Source: Nitrospirota bacterium
GTDB taxonomy: Bacteria > Nitrospirota > UBA9217
DNA: 64,000 nucleotides
Assembly (NCBI GenBank): GCA_963749655.1
Contig: CAVVOB010000016.1
Location: 96,001 to 160,000, forward strand
Direction: 5' to 3'
The position numbers were made by a program, and so were the translations under genes. Shown here one piece after another: positions 50,211-59,789 of this stretch; within the stretch, counting starts at the first letter, position 1, and every line of letters starts with the position of its first letter. The notes beneath the pieces are model-generated. The model saw only the letters and a program-made list of their open reading frames with translations. It had not been told where the DNA came from and did no database searches.

Positions 50211-50211
50211 C

Positions 50212-50748
50212 TCAGGGTTTCCACTTCTCGAAAAAATTGTCCATGGCCCGCTTGTCACCGAGGCGAAAGTGCCCGTACCAGAAAGTAAGCTGCTTTTTTG
50301 CCTCGGCTTTAGGCTCCCGGTCCACGACCACCTTCCACATGGCCGAAACGAGCCCCGACCGGTCGGCTCCGGCCTGGCAGTGGATGAGAATGGGGCGCGG
50401 TGCACCCTGAAAAACCGCGAGGAGCTCCTGCACCTGCTGCGGCGTGAGTTCATGGGAGGCGCTGAGCGCGACATCGTAATGCGCCACCTGAACGCGGGCG
50501 CAGACCGCAAGCTCGTCCTCGTACCAGTCTTCCCCTGCATGGCGGCCCCGCAGGTTCAGAACGCTCCGTATGCCGTGTTGCCTGAGATAACCTTCGAGCC
50601 GACTGCCGTTGAGCTGTGCCGAGCGGTACGCTTCCCCTTCCGTGATCGGATGAAAGTTGCCCTGCACTTTGACGTACACAACATACAAGCAGATCGAGAG
50701 CAGACAAAAAACGCCTGCTCCGAGGAGGAATCTGCGCCACTTCAGCAT
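50212..50748 (-). CDS. Membrane-anchored protein-tyrosine/dual-specificity phosphatase-like protein
   Basis: N-terminal TM; NFH..EGEAYRSAQL, GIRSVLNLRG, P-loop HCQAGADRSG. Confidence 0.88.
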   Translation of the reverse strand: MLKWRRFLLGAGVFCLLSICLYVVYVKVQGNFHPITEGEAYRSAQLNGSRLEGYLRQHGIRSVLNLRGRHAGEDWYEDELAVCARVQVAHYDVALSASHELTPQQVQELLAVFQGAPRPILIHCQAGADRSGLVSAMWKVVVDREPKAEAKKQLTFWYGHFRLGDKRAMDNFFEKWKP

Positions 50749-51020
50749 GTTCGTTGCAGTCGATTTGACCTGACACATGAATGTACCACATCCTGGACCG
50801 GGCGTGTAAAAACCGTGCGGGACTTCGTTACCGGGAGTACGTCGTGTGCATAATGCACAGGGCGATGATCGTGCTGCACCACGGAGCGGTCATGTCGGTT
50901 TGTTGCGCGACAAAGAATTTTGGAATATTACCTGCTTCCCCGCGAAATGTCAATCCCCTTCGCCCGGAATTCCCTTCCGGCAAAAAGAATTCCCGACCTG
51001 CCTGGAGAAGCAGATTCTTT

Positions 51021-51049
51021 TTGACAATCCCCTGCACTTCCTTTATATT
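51021..51049 (+). promoter_or_regulatory. Putative sigma70 promoter (TTGACA-N17-TATATT) of mtnA
   Basis: -35 at 51021-51026, -10 at 51044-51049; RBS aaggag before ATG 51098. Confidence 0.6.
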
Positions 51050-51097
51050 TAAAATGAGTTAGCCGTATTTTTGTTCCCGTGACCTAAAGGAGAAAGC

Positions 51098-52159
51098 ATG
51101 ATCCCCACAATGGAGTGGAAGAACGGCATCGTACGTATGCTGGACCAGACGAAACTGCCCCTTGAGACGGTATACAACGACTGCAAGGACTACCAGACGG
51201 TGGCACGGGGGATCAAGGAATTGTGGGTCCGCGGCGCTCCGGCCATCGGCGTGGCTGCGGCCATGGGTCTGGCGCTCGGCGCGCGGCAGATAACGGCAGC
51301 GACCTTTGACGAGTTCTGGCCCCGGTTCGAGGAGATCTGCAGCCACATGGCCTCCACGCGGCCGACGGCGGTCAATCTCTTCTGGGCCATCGACCGGGTC
51401 AAGCAGTTCGTGCAGGCCAACAAGGACAAGGGCCTCGACCAGATACGGCAGCTGCTCGTGGACGAGTCGCAGCGCATGCTCGAAGAGGACATCGCCACGA
51501 ACAAAAAAATGGGGGCTTACGGAGCCGCGTTCGTGGCCTCGGAGGACAACATCATCACCCATTGCAACGCCGGTTCGATCGCGACCGCCGGCTACGGGAC
51601 CGCGGAAGGCGTGATGCGAGCCGCGGTGGAGGCGGGGAAGAAGATCCACGTGTTCGTCGACGAGACCCGCCCCGTGCTCCAGGGCGCGCGCCTCACGGCA
51701 TGGGAGCTCATGCAGGAGAAGATCCCCTGCACGCTGATCACCGACAACATGGCGGGCTACTTCATGTTCCATGACATGGTCGACCTGGCCATCGTGGGCG
51801 CCGACCGCATTGCCCGGAACGGCGATGTGGCCAACAAGATCGGGACCTACGGCCTCGCGGTCCTCTGCAAGGAGCACGGAATTCCCTTCTACGTGGCGGC
51901 GCCGCTCTCGACGATCGACTTCAGCATTGAGTCGGGCGCCGATATCCCCATCGAGGAACGCGACCCGCGCGAAGTTACCCATGTGTTCGGCAAGGTCCAG
52001 ATCGCGCCGGATGGCGTCAAGGTGGCCAATCCCGCATTCGATGTGACGCCCGCCCGGTACGTCACCGCCATCATCACGGAAAAGGGAGCGTTCCATCCGA
52101 AGGACATCCACAAGCTTGCCGACGGCAAGACCGATCCGGAAAAAATCAGAATACAATAG
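51098..52159 (+). CDS. mtnA: S-methyl-5-thioribose-1-phosphate isomerase
   Basis: [74 protein letters not shown]. Confidence 0.97.
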   Translation: MIPTMEWKNGIVRMLDQTKLPLETVYNDCKDYQTVARGIKELWVRGAPAIGVAAAMGLALGARQITAATFDEFWPRFEEICSHMASTRPTAVNLFWAIDRVKQFVQANKDKGLDQIRQLLVDESQRMLEEDIATNKKMGAYGAAFVASEDNIITHCNAGSIATAGYGTAEGVMRAAVEAGKKIHVFVDETRPVLQGARLTAWELMQEKIPCTLITDNMAGYFMFHDMVDLAIVGADRIARNGDVANKIGTYGLAVLCKEHGIPFYVAAPLSTIDFSIESGADIPIEERDPREVTHVFGKVQIAPDGVKVANPAFDVTPARYVTAIITEKGAFHPKDIHKLADGKTDPEKIRIQ

Positions 52160-52255
52160 CACCGCCATCGCATCCGCGCGATCCGATCATCTCCCTGCAG
52201 TCGCCTCGAGCCGTGCGTTTCGTGCGCCATACTCTCGTCGCAAGCGGAGGGCTGA

Positions 52256-53350
52256 ATGAAACAGACCGTTCTCCACCCGTTTCATGAGCAGATGAAAGCA
52301 AAGATGACGGATTACCAGGGGTGGCAGATCCCGCTCCAGTTTTCCGATGTCACGGAGGAGCACCATGCCGTGCGAAGCGCCGCCGGCCTGTTCGATATAA
52401 GCTACCTGGGCAGGATAGAAGTTTCCGGCGCCTCAGCCTCTCCCCTCCTCCAGAAGATCGTCACCCGAAACGTCACGAAAATCCCCGAGGGCTCGGCGCA
52501 CTACGGCCTGATCTGCAATGATTCCGGCTTCATTCTTGACGACGTCTTCATGTACCGGCTCGAAGCCGCGGGGCCGTCGGCTGCCCGCTTCGTGCTCTCC
52601 ACCAATCCCGGCAATACCGAGAAGATCCTGCGCTGGCTGAACCAGCACGCCATCGAAGGCGCCGCGGTTTCGGACAGATCGGCCGCAACGATCCAGCTGT
52701 CGCTCCAGGGACCCCGTTCCTCCCGCGTTCTGGAGACGCTCGCCGGACAACATTTCAAGAAGCTCAAACCGAGAACGGTCCGGACCATGACCCTCGCCGG
52801 CGCCGAAGTCCTTGTCTCCCGGAGCGGATTCACAGGAGAGCACGGCTACGAACTCATGGCGCCGAAAGAGTCCGCCGGAGCGCTCTGGGAGGCAATCCTC
52901 GCAACAGGACGAGAGATAGGCATCCTTCCCTGCGGCTTCGCCTGCAGGGACGTTCTGCGCATCGAAATGGGATATCCTCTGTACGGAAACGACCTCGATG
53001 AGACCCGCACGCCGATCGAGGCCGGGCTCGGCTCTTTCGTTGATTTCAAAAAGGACTTCATCGGCAAGGAAGCGCTGCTCAAGCTGAAAAAAGAAGGGAC
53101 CCTGCAGAAGCTGGCGGGTTTCGTGCTCGTCGACAAGGGCGTCCCGAAAAGCGGGGGCAGCATCTTCTCGGAGAACAGAGAAATCGGCATGGTCACGAGC
53201 GGCGCCCATTCGCCCTTCGTCCGCAAGGGCATCGGTCTGGGGTACGTGGTGAGCCGCTATGCCCAGGCGGGCCAGGAGATCGAGATCGAAGTCCGCGACC
53301 GCGAGATCGCCGCAAAGATCGTGGACCTGCCGTTTTATAAAAAAAAGTAA
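52256..53350 (+). CDS. gcvT: Glycine cleavage system aminomethyltransferase T
   Basis: EEHHAVRSAAGLFDISYLG, LQGP, SRSGFTGEHGYE, RDVLRIEMGYPLYGNDL, VTSG..SP, LPFYKK. Confidence 0.93.
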   Translation: MKQTVLHPFHEQMKAKMTDYQGWQIPLQFSDVTEEHHAVRSAAGLFDISYLGRIEVSGASASPLLQKIVTRNVTKIPEGSAHYGLICNDSGFILDDVFMYRLEAAGPSAARFVLSTNPGNTEKILRWLNQHAIEGAAVSDRSAATIQLSLQGPRSSRVLETLAGQHFKKLKPRTVRTMTLAGAEVLVSRSGFTGEHGYELMAPKESAGALWEAILATGREIGILPCGFACRDVLRIEMGYPLYGNDLDETRTPIEAGLGSFVDFKKDFIGKEALLKLKKEGTLQKLAGFVLVDKGVPKSGGSIFSENREIGMVTSGAHSPFVRKGIGLGYVVSRYAQAGQEIEIEVRDREIAAKIVDLPFYKKK

Positions 53351-53538
53351 CGCCGTCGAGAACGGAAAGGAGCCGAACCTTCAATCGCCTGATTCACGTT
53401 ACGATTTCGGCAACTAACAATAGTTTCTCAACAGACAGGCATACCGGGTATAATATATGGTATGCTTTTTTTATTCTTTCATGGAAAATGAGTATCCCAG
53501 GATAGGCGTTCATGCACCTCATCCGAGTGGAGCAAAAA

Positions 53539-54384
53539 ATGACCTCCGTCAATAAAATCCCCTGCTGCACGTATGCATTTGCAATCATTTTTTTCTTGTT
53601 TACCGCAGGAATCGACGGAGCAGACGCGGCTGACCGCCCCGGCAACACGCTCCGCATCACCGGATCCAGCACCCTGTGCCCTTTGATCGCGGAGGTGGGG
53701 AAGCGTTTTCAGACACTTCACCACGATGTTCGAATCGACGTACAATGCGGCGGGTCAGAACGCGGAGTTCATGATGTGAAGGCGGGAACCGCCGACATCG
53801 GCATGGTCTCCCGTGCTCTCTCCAAAACGGAAAAGGATCTCTACGACTTCCCGATGGCCCGCGACGGTATCAGCATTATAGTCTCCCGATACAACGCAGT
53901 AAAATCTCTGTCCAATGACGAGGTTGTCGCGATTTTCAGCAGGAAAATCACGAGTTGGAAGGCGGTTGGAGGGTCGGGTGATCCGATCGCGGTCGTTCTC
54001 AGGGAAAAACAAAAAAGCAGCAGCGAGCTCTTTACGGAATACTTCAAGATGGAATTCTCCGACATGAAGGGGAAGATCATTCACGGCGATAATCCTGTGA
54101 TGATCGAGGCTGTCGCCTCGGACCGCAATTCCATCGGCTACGTGTCTTCTGGCCATGCCGCGCGGGTGGCGACGGCGGGGACTGCGATAAAGATTCTTCC
54201 CGTCAACAACGTGATGCCCACAAACAGGAATATCATCACCGGCAACTATCCGATTTCGCGCCCACTCTCGCTCGTCACGAAGGACCTTCCTTCCGGCACT
54301 GCAAAGGCATTTATCGATTTCGCGCTTTCATCGAGTGTCGTGGATCTTATCGTCGCCTACGATTATGTCCCCTATGAGGATTAA
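53539..54384 (+). CDS. PstS-like (PBP_like_2) periplasmic binding protein
   Basis: Signal peptide; LRITGSSTL, QCGGSERG, ADIGMVSR, ARDGISIIV, SIGYVS, GNYPISRPL. Confidence 0.87.
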   Translation: MTSVNKIPCCTYAFAIIFFLFTAGIDGADAADRPGNTLRITGSSTLCPLIAEVGKRFQTLHHDVRIDVQCGGSERGVHDVKAGTADIGMVSRALSKTEKDLYDFPMARDGISIIVSRYNAVKSLSNDEVVAIFSRKITSWKAVGGSGDPIAVVLREKQKSSSELFTEYFKMEFSDMKGKIIHGDNPVMIEAVASDRNSIGYVSSGHAARVATAGTAIKILPVNNVMPTNRNIITGNYPISRPLSLVTKDLPSGTAKAFIDFALSSSVVDLIVAYDYVPYED

Positions 54385-54400
54385 CGATGGGCAGCCTTCA

Positions 54401-56842
54401 ATGAAAATCCCTGACCGCATAGCGACCTGGTTCGACACCGCTAACAGCAAACTCATACTGCTCGGCGGGTTTGCCATCGTCATTTTCCTGGGCCTTCTGC
54501 CGGCGATGTATTCGCAATGGGCTGAGAATCGCTCTGCGGGTTTCGTCAACCGCTTCATCGATGTGGACCACAAGATCGCGGACCTCAGCCTGACGAGCAT
54601 CACCAGAATGATCAAAGTGCGGCGCAATGAAAAGGATTTTCTGCTGACCTACCGGGACTTCGGTTTCGATGAAGCAAAGGCTCGATATATAACGACGCTG
54701 CTCGGCATCATCTCCGAGATCAAGCAGAACATGAAAACGGTCCGGGAATTGACCACTGACCCGGAAATCGTCGGAAGGACGAAGGAGATTGACCGCTCCC
54801 TGGACCGGTATCAGACCGACGTCATGTCATACGTCGACTTGTACGGCGTACGAGGAACGCAAAATTCCGGCCTGGAATACAGACTCACAGTCCTCAGCAG
54901 GGGCATCGAAGGCCTTTTGTCTGTTGAGAACAACGAGCGCCTCATGATCGACTTTCTGTCCTTGCGAATGAACGAGAGAAACTTCATGCTCAACGACCTC
55001 GACATTCATTTCGCCAACGCACAAAAAGCCTGGGGACGATTCAGGACCGATATCCGCACCAGCACCATGACGGAGGCACGCAAACAGGATGTCCTCGATC
55101 AGACACAGGAGTACATGCTGCTGTTCAGACGATATGTGCAGATAACGGAGCAGCTTCGAACCATCAAGACGGCGTATTTGGCGTCGCTCCGGAATGTGGA
55201 ACCGACGCTCGAAGAGCTGTACCAAATGACCGTGGATAAGACATACAAGGCGCGCGATACGATTAAAAGGAACTCACACCAGGTAAAACTGACCATGATC
55301 GTCTCCTTTGTCCTGTCGCTGCTCTTCTCGGCGATCGTCATAGCATTCATCGCCTGGAAAATCAGGAATACCGAGGAACAGATGAAGATATCCGAAGCAC
55401 GATATCGCACCCTGTTCGAAACATCTCCCGACGCCATTGCAATCATGGACAGAGACCGTAAAATTCTTATCGGCAATCAACAGTTATCGACCCTTCTGCG
55501 ATATGAAAGTTCAGCAGAGGTGTCGGGCAAGGACATGTGCGACATTATCGCTCCGGAAGACGCCTCGATCGCCGAAACAATGCTCAAGCCCGCTTCAGGG
55601 ACGGGAGCCGTTCCGGGAGTGGAATTCAGCATGCTGCGAAAGGACCGCAGCCGCGTTGTTGTGGAAGGAGCCGCCACCAGGATTTCTGATACGACCGGCG
55701 GCCCGGAATCCCTTATCATCGCCGTCCGGGATATTTCCGTACGCTTACAGGCGGAAGAACATATCCGCTTCCTCGCCGCGATCATTCAAAATCTCCCGGC
55801 CGGCGTATGCGGAATCGATGCGTCGGGCCGCTTGATATTCTGGAACGAGGGCGCCGAACGCATGCTGGGTTACCAGGCAGGTGAAATCATCGGCAAGCCG
55901 GTTGCGGACATCATCCCGCAGGAGCGGGCCAACCGGGAGCAGGACCATTGCATAAGCATCCTGAACGCAGACGGGTTCCTCTCGGGTTATGAGACCGTAC
56001 GGCTCTCGAAGAGCGGCAAAATAGTCCCGGTCGAACTGACTGCCGTCGCAATCAGGAACCGGGAGCAGAAAATCGAGAGCTACGCGTCAATCATGGTGGA
56101 CATTACTGACCGTAAGAAGGCGGAAGGAGAGCGGCTGAAGATCCACATGCTCGAGTCCGTAGGCCTCCTCGCAGGGGGGATAGCCCACGATTTCAACAAT
56201 CTGCTCACCGTCATCGTCGGCAATATCCAGGTGGCGCAATGCTCTTTGAAACCGGATGCGACGGAGTACGAGCCGCTCTCCGAAGCGGAGCATGTGTGCA
56301 TGCTGGCCAGCGAATTGACCAAGCGATTGATTACCTTCGCCACCGGCGGAGCGCCGATCATGCTTCCGATGCCGATAACAGGAATGCTGACCGAAACTAT
56401 CGGGGCTTTGCTCAAGGGCTCGAATGTCACCCCCTTGTTCGATATGCCCGGAGATCTCTTTACCGTTGCGATAGATGAAGGGCAGATGAAACAGGTCTTC
56501 AGAAATCTGGTGATCAACGCGATCGAGGCGATGCCGCAGGGAGGGCCGCTTGACGTCCGGGGAGAGAATTTGCTCGTTACCGCAGGAGATAACCTGCCGA
56601 TACAGGAAGGAAAATATCTGAAGATATCAATTCATGACAGCGGGATAGGGATCCCCGCGGAAAACCTGGCCAAGGTTTTCGACCCCTATTATTCGACAAA
56701 ACACACCTACAGCCAAAAAGGTCTCGGGCTCGGGCTCGCGGTCTGCTACTCGGTGATCAAACGGCATAACGGTCTCATCACCGTCGAATCCGAACCCGGG
56801 GAAGGCACGACCTTTCATATCTTTCTTCCTGCTGTTGCATGA
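54401..56842 (+). CDS. Sensor histidine kinase (helical periplasmic sensor, two PAS, HisKA, HATPase)
   Basis: TM-RRNEKDFL..-TM, RYRTLFETSPDAI, WNEGAERMLGY, LAGGIAHDFNNLL, NLVINAIEAM, FDPYYSTK, GLGLGLA, GEGTTFHIFLP. Confidence 0.93.
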   Translation: MKIPDRIATWFDTANSKLILLGGFAIVIFLGLLPAMYSQWAENRSAGFVNRFIDVDHKIADLSLTSITRMIKVRRNEKDFLLTYRDFGFDEAKARYITTLLGIISEIKQNMKTVRELTTDPEIVGRTKEIDRSLDRYQTDVMSYVDLYGVRGTQNSGLEYRLTVLSRGIEGLLSVENNERLMIDFLSLRMNERNFMLNDLDIHFANAQKAWGRFRTDIRTSTMTEARKQDVLDQTQEYMLLFRRYVQITEQLRTIKTAYLASLRNVEPTLEELYQMTVDKTYKARDTIKRNSHQVKLTMIVSFVLSLLFSAIVIAFIAWKIRNTEEQMKISEARYRTLFETSPDAIAIMDRDRKILIGNQQLSTLLRYESSAEVSGKDMCDIIAPEDASIAETMLKPASGTGAVPGVEFSMLRKDRSRVVVEGAATRISDTTGGPESLIIAVRDISVRLQAEEHIRFLAAIIQNLPAGVCGIDASGRLIFWNEGAERMLGYQAGEIIGKPVADIIPQERANREQDHCISILNADGFLSGYETVRLSKSGKIVPVELTAVAIRNREQKIESYASIMVDITDRKKAEGERLKIHMLESVGLLAGGIAHDFNNLLTVIVGNIQVAQCSLKPDATEYEPLSEAEHVCMLASELTKRLITFATGGAPIMLPMPITGMLTETIGALLKGSNVTPLFDMPGDLFTVAIDEGQMKQVFRNLVINAIEAMPQGGPLDVRGENLLVTAGDNLPIQEGKYLKISIHDSGIGIPAENLAKVFDPYYSTKHTYSQKGLGLGLAVCYSVIKRHNGLITVESEPGEGTTFHIFLPAVA

Positions 56843-56889
56843 TCCCGACGGGTCTGCCGCTCTGCCGGAACATGAAGAGATGCACACCT

Positions 56890-57132
56890 TCATCCCCCGG
56901 CAATAGGAGGAAAGATTCCTACCCGGTCCTGATCCGAGATGGTAAAATCCTTCTTTTCGACGACCCCGTTCACCACGGTAATGAGCGGCCGGTCCCCGAG
57001 CTGCAGGAACTCATGGAGCCCTTTGACCGATATACCGTCCGGAGCTTCGACGTAAAACTCGTTTTTCCCGCAGCAGGGCAGGTCCTTGTTATTGCAGGTC
57101 AGCCCCGCAAACAGCCTCACTTCCAGCTTCAC
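56890..57132 (-). CDS. MoaD/ThiS family sulfur-carrier protein
   Basis: VRLFAGL, VVNG, DRVGIFPPIAGG (C-terminal GG); downstream of aor. Confidence 0.9.
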   Translation of the reverse strand: MKLEVRLFAGLTCNNKDLPCCGKNEFYVEAPDGISVKGLHEFLQLGDRPLITVVNGVVEKKDFTISDQDRVGIFPPIAGG

Positions 57133-57206
57133 AACCGGCCCTCCGTGTTCTTTTGCTGAGGATAAACCCCAGGTAGGCGCACAAAAAATCTAAATCGACG
57201 ACCGAT

Positions 57207-57572
57207 CGTCATTCCTGCTTGTCCGGAATCGAATCTTATTATCATACCGTAGTGGAGCCCCCTCCGGCATCCCGACCTGTCGGGACTAAAATTGACGCGA
57301 CCTCCCGCCTGCACCCGGCGTTTACGAGTGCGGATGCACGGAGTGCCAGGTGGAATTACGAACTCGCGCATCCTGTGCCGAAGCAGGCTTACGCTCAAGC
57401 AGGAAGGACGATTTTACGAATTCCTCAGCCTTCTTGAGGCATTATAGTCCTAACCCGGACAAGCCGGAAACAACCTTTGAACCGCGAAGGCGCGAAGGAC
57501 GCGAGGAAACTTAAAGACTTTGTATTGTTGGTTGTATTTGACGTCCTCGCGCTCCTTGCGCCTTCGCGGTAA
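57207..57572. repeat. Cluster of palindromic repeat elements between aor and moaD
   Basis: gtcattcctgcttgtccggaatc; cccgacctgtcggg; ggatgc...gcatcc; aaccgcgaaggcgcgaaggacgcgagga ... tcctcgcgctccttgcgccttcgcggt (57480-57570). Confidence 0.7.
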
Positions 57573-57655
57573 GAATATTCTTGCCGCTTTGAGAAGAATT
57601 TCACTCGAAACTGAATACTAGCATGGAACCGGGAATGGATCGAACCTTCACAAAG

Positions 57656-57684
57656 AAAAAGGGAGAGATGTCGCCATCTCTCCC
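57656..57684 (-). terminator. Rho-independent terminator after aor
   Basis: gggagagatg-tcgc-catctctccc 10-bp stem, followed by a T-run on the minus strand. Confidence 0.8.
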
Positions 57685-57706
57685 CGTTCATTGAAGGACA
57701 GCCGTT

Positions 57707-59444
57707 CTACCAGTTGAAAACCTTGTCCAGGTCCTCGTCCTTCACCTGGAAAGTGACGTTATGCGGCGCGATGGGCTCCGTGGTGAAGTACCGCGGCAGA
57801 CGGTCCTGCTGCGCTGTAAACCCGGCGCGGGCATTGAAGTCCCGCTCTGACTTTAGTATCTTTTTCCCTAATTCCGTAACACTGTCGCCGTTCAGATTGA
57901 GACCATAGGTGGCGTTCACCAGGTCCAGCAGCGCCTGGAACGTTTCGGGCTGGTCCAGGATCGCAAAGGCGATGAAGAGGCACATGCCGAGCGAATCGAT
58001 GGACGCCGTGGCGATCTGGAGGTTTCGCGAAAGCTCGATCTGTCCCTCGGGCTTGAGCGCGTTCACATCGCCGCCGACCTTGAGCACGTTCTGGGCCACG
58101 GCATAACCGGCGGTATGGTCCGCGCCCATCGGGCTCGTGGCATAGGTCACGCCCACGCCCTGGACCGCCCGCGGATCATAGGCGGGCATGGCCTGTCCCT
58201 TCACCACGGGCGCATGCTCCACGCCGAAGACCTTGGCCGTGACTGCCGCGCCGCTTCCCAGGATGCGGCCGAGGGTCGTCCCCTTGCCCACTTCCTTCAC
58301 GAGTTTGATGGCGGCCTTGGCGTCGCCGAATTTCGCCAGCCCCGCCTCCATGGCCACGCCGATCGCTGCGCCCATCTCGATGGTATCGACGCCGAAGTTG
58401 TCGTCCATAAAATCGAGCATGGCGATCACATCGAGTTCGTCGATGCCGCAGTTGCCGCCGTGGGCCCATACCGTCTCGTATTCCGGCTGCTTGGTCAGGT
58501 AGTGGCCGTCCTTGTCGTGGTAGACGCCCGAGCACTGGATCACGCAGCCGCGGTGACAGCCATGGGTGGCCAGGCCGCCGCGCTTGGTCTCCAGGGCAGC
58601 CATGGTCTCTCCGCTGATCTTCTTGGCGCCGTCAAACCGTCCCTGCTTGAAATTGTAGGTGGGATAGCCGCCGACCTCGTTCAGGATGTTCGTCAGGATG
58701 TTCGTGCCGAAGGCGGGAAGGCCCTGGCCCGTCACCGGGTGCTTCCGCAACCCTTCGACGAATTTCTTGTTCGCTTCGCGGAATTTCTCGGGGTCCTTGG
58801 GCTGGCGCGGTCCTCATGCCCGTGTCGTCGAGCACGATGACCTTGATGTTCTTGGAGCCCATCACCGCGCCGACACCGCCCCGTCCTGCGTGGCGCGTGG
58901 GCCTCAGTTCCATGTCCGTGCAGGCTATCGATGCGGCGCTCATCTTCATCTCGCCCGCAGGGCCGATGGAGATGCAGGCGATCTTGTCGCCGTACTGCTT
59001 TTTCATTTTCTTGATCAGGTCGTAATTCGGCAGCATCCGGAGCTTGTTGTCAGCCGTGATCTTGACGCCGTCCTTGGTGATAACGACCTTGTAGAGCTTG
59101 TTGTCTTTCGGCTCGCCTTCGAGCACGATGGCCGCATACCCCAACCGGGCAAGAACCTGGGAAGGCTGCCCCCCGGCATTCGCCTCTTTGATGCCGCCGG
59201 TGAGAGGACTCTTGCATCCCACGGAGATCCTGCTGGACATGGCAGCGCCTGTTCCGCTCAGGAGGCCCGGCGCGATAACAAGCTTGTTTTCCCCACCCAG
59301 GGGATGGCAGAGGGGCGGCACTTCCTTGGACACAATAGCAGAGGTCAGCCCCCTCCCGCCGATGCCGGCGTACGCGCCGAGCGGCGTTTCCGTTACTTTA
59401 GGACCACCTTGAGCACCCACATCGATTCTCAATATCTTGTCCAT
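57707..59444 (-). CDS. aor: Aldehyde:ferredoxin oxidoreductase (tungsten AOR family; frameshift near 58810)
   Basis: MDKILRIDV, GGRGL, KSPLTGGIKEANAGG, IGPAGE, RHAGRGGVGAVMGSK, GCHRGCVIQC, PEYET, GVDTI, AYDPR, GADHT, SLGMCLF. Confidence 0.94.
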
Positions 59445-59484
59445 GGTACCTCCCCTCAAATTAAAATTTGACATCTGAGATCGG

Positions 59485-59559
59485 CGATGATTTTATATCA
59501 TAGCCACGATGATTTTAACGCATAGTAATAATGATAGCCACAGGAGTGATGATTGTCAA
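59485..59559 (-). promoter_or_regulatory. aor promoter (TTGACA-N17-TATCAT) with downstream tandem operator-like repeat
   Basis: -35 at 59559-59554, -10 at 59536-59531; cgatgattttaNNNcatag occurs at 59485 and 59507 (22-bp period). Confidence 0.65.
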
Positions 59560-59682
59560 TGGAAGGTTTTCGAACGATACGCAGCTGCAGCCTTTTTTGG
59601 GCAGAGACCAGCGGGTAATATTATATAATCCTCGTCGGCCTGGAACCGGTTACTCCAAATGAACGGAAAACCTCTGACCCTT

Positions 59683-59751
59683 TGACAGGATAACAGGATT
59701 TACAGGATGAAGGCTGGAGTAATTCTTCTGATCTTATCCTGGTATCCTGTC
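59683..59751. repeat. Intergenic palindromic element (acaggat 9-mers)
   Basis: tgacaggataacaggatttacaggatg ... cttatcctggtatcctgtc. Confidence 0.7.
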
Positions 59752-59789
59752 GATAATGTCTTCCGGTTTTATCAGGTGTTGTTGTCTTT

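Noticed and set aside
50780-51097. SAM riboswitch upstream of mtnA
   Set aside because: No SAM-I/II consensus seen, and the predicted promoter leaves only about 40 nt of leader.
59445-59789. Moco/tungsten-cofactor riboswitch upstream of aor
   Set aside because: The predicted leader is short and AT-rich with direct repeats rather than the multi-stem Moco motif.
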